DNA from: Camelus ferus
Taxonomy: Eukaryota
DNA length: 64,000 nt
Reading direction: 5' to 3'
Assembly: GCF_009834535.1 (NCBI RefSeq)
Contig: NC_045697.1
Coordinates: 24,864,001 to 24,928,000 of the forward strand
In this document: positions 63,835 to 64,000 of the stretch, piece by piece
How the letters are laid out: each line of letters begins with the position of its first letter
Numbering within the stretch: the stretch's first letter is position 1
Made by a program: the position numbers and the translations under genes
The notes under the pieces: generated by a model
Seen by the model: the letters and a program-made list of their open reading frames with translations, nothing else
Databases searched by the model: none
Told to the model about the DNA's origin: nothing

Positions 63835-64000
63835 AGAACCCATCATGAATGACTTTAGTGACCTTTCAAAGGGGGCTCAGAGAGCTCCCTTGTCTCTTCC
63901 ACCATGTGAGGATCTTAGAATTCTCAGCCTCTAAAACTGTGAGAAATAAATTTCTGTTGCTTCCAAGTTACTCAGCTTATGGTATTTTGTTAAAACTGCA
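63835..64000 (+). mobile_element. MLT1A/MST-like LTR 3' portion, running off the window
   Basis: 'ccaccatgtgagga...ctcagcctctaaaactgtgagaaataaatttctgttg...tatggtattttgtta'. Confidence 0.8.

Noticed and set aside
1..64000. Novel multi-gene system, processed pseudogene, NUMT or structural RNA gene
   Set aside because: No ORF longer than 134 aa, no host-protein similarity recognised, no tRNA/snRNA/rRNA or mitochondrial signature seen; small internal exons of a large gene cannot be fully excluded without alignment

Overview
AT-rich, CpG-depleted eutherian mammal DNA that reads as intergenic or deep-intronic sequence. It is largely a fossil record of transposons: LINE-1 fragments of several ages, L2, MIR, MaLR (MLT1) LTRs and two remnant LTR-int-LTR MaLR proviruses, ERVL-type LTRs, two ERV1-like solo LTRs with intact 4-bp target-site duplications, one internally deleted ERV1-like provirus with a tRNA-Ile primer-binding site, and several DNA transposons. 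The youngest L1 3' end (18.8-19.3 kb) resembles cetartiodactyl, most likely camelid, L1, and I saw no Alu, B1/B2, Bov-A/tA, PRE or SINEC SINEs (inference). No host protein-coding exon, RNA gene or CRISPR array is supported. The supplied ORFs are short chance ORFs or decayed L1 pieces. I found no convincing new biological system. The best second-look items are a candidate LTR-driven spliced non-coding transcript (36.4-37.3 kb), a doubly deleted L1 that keeps both ends, nested insertions, a recent 104-bp dispersed duplication and a good CTCF-like motif in a repeat-poor block. Repeat family names come from recalled consensus similarity, not from a database search, and the boundaries of old repeats are approximate.
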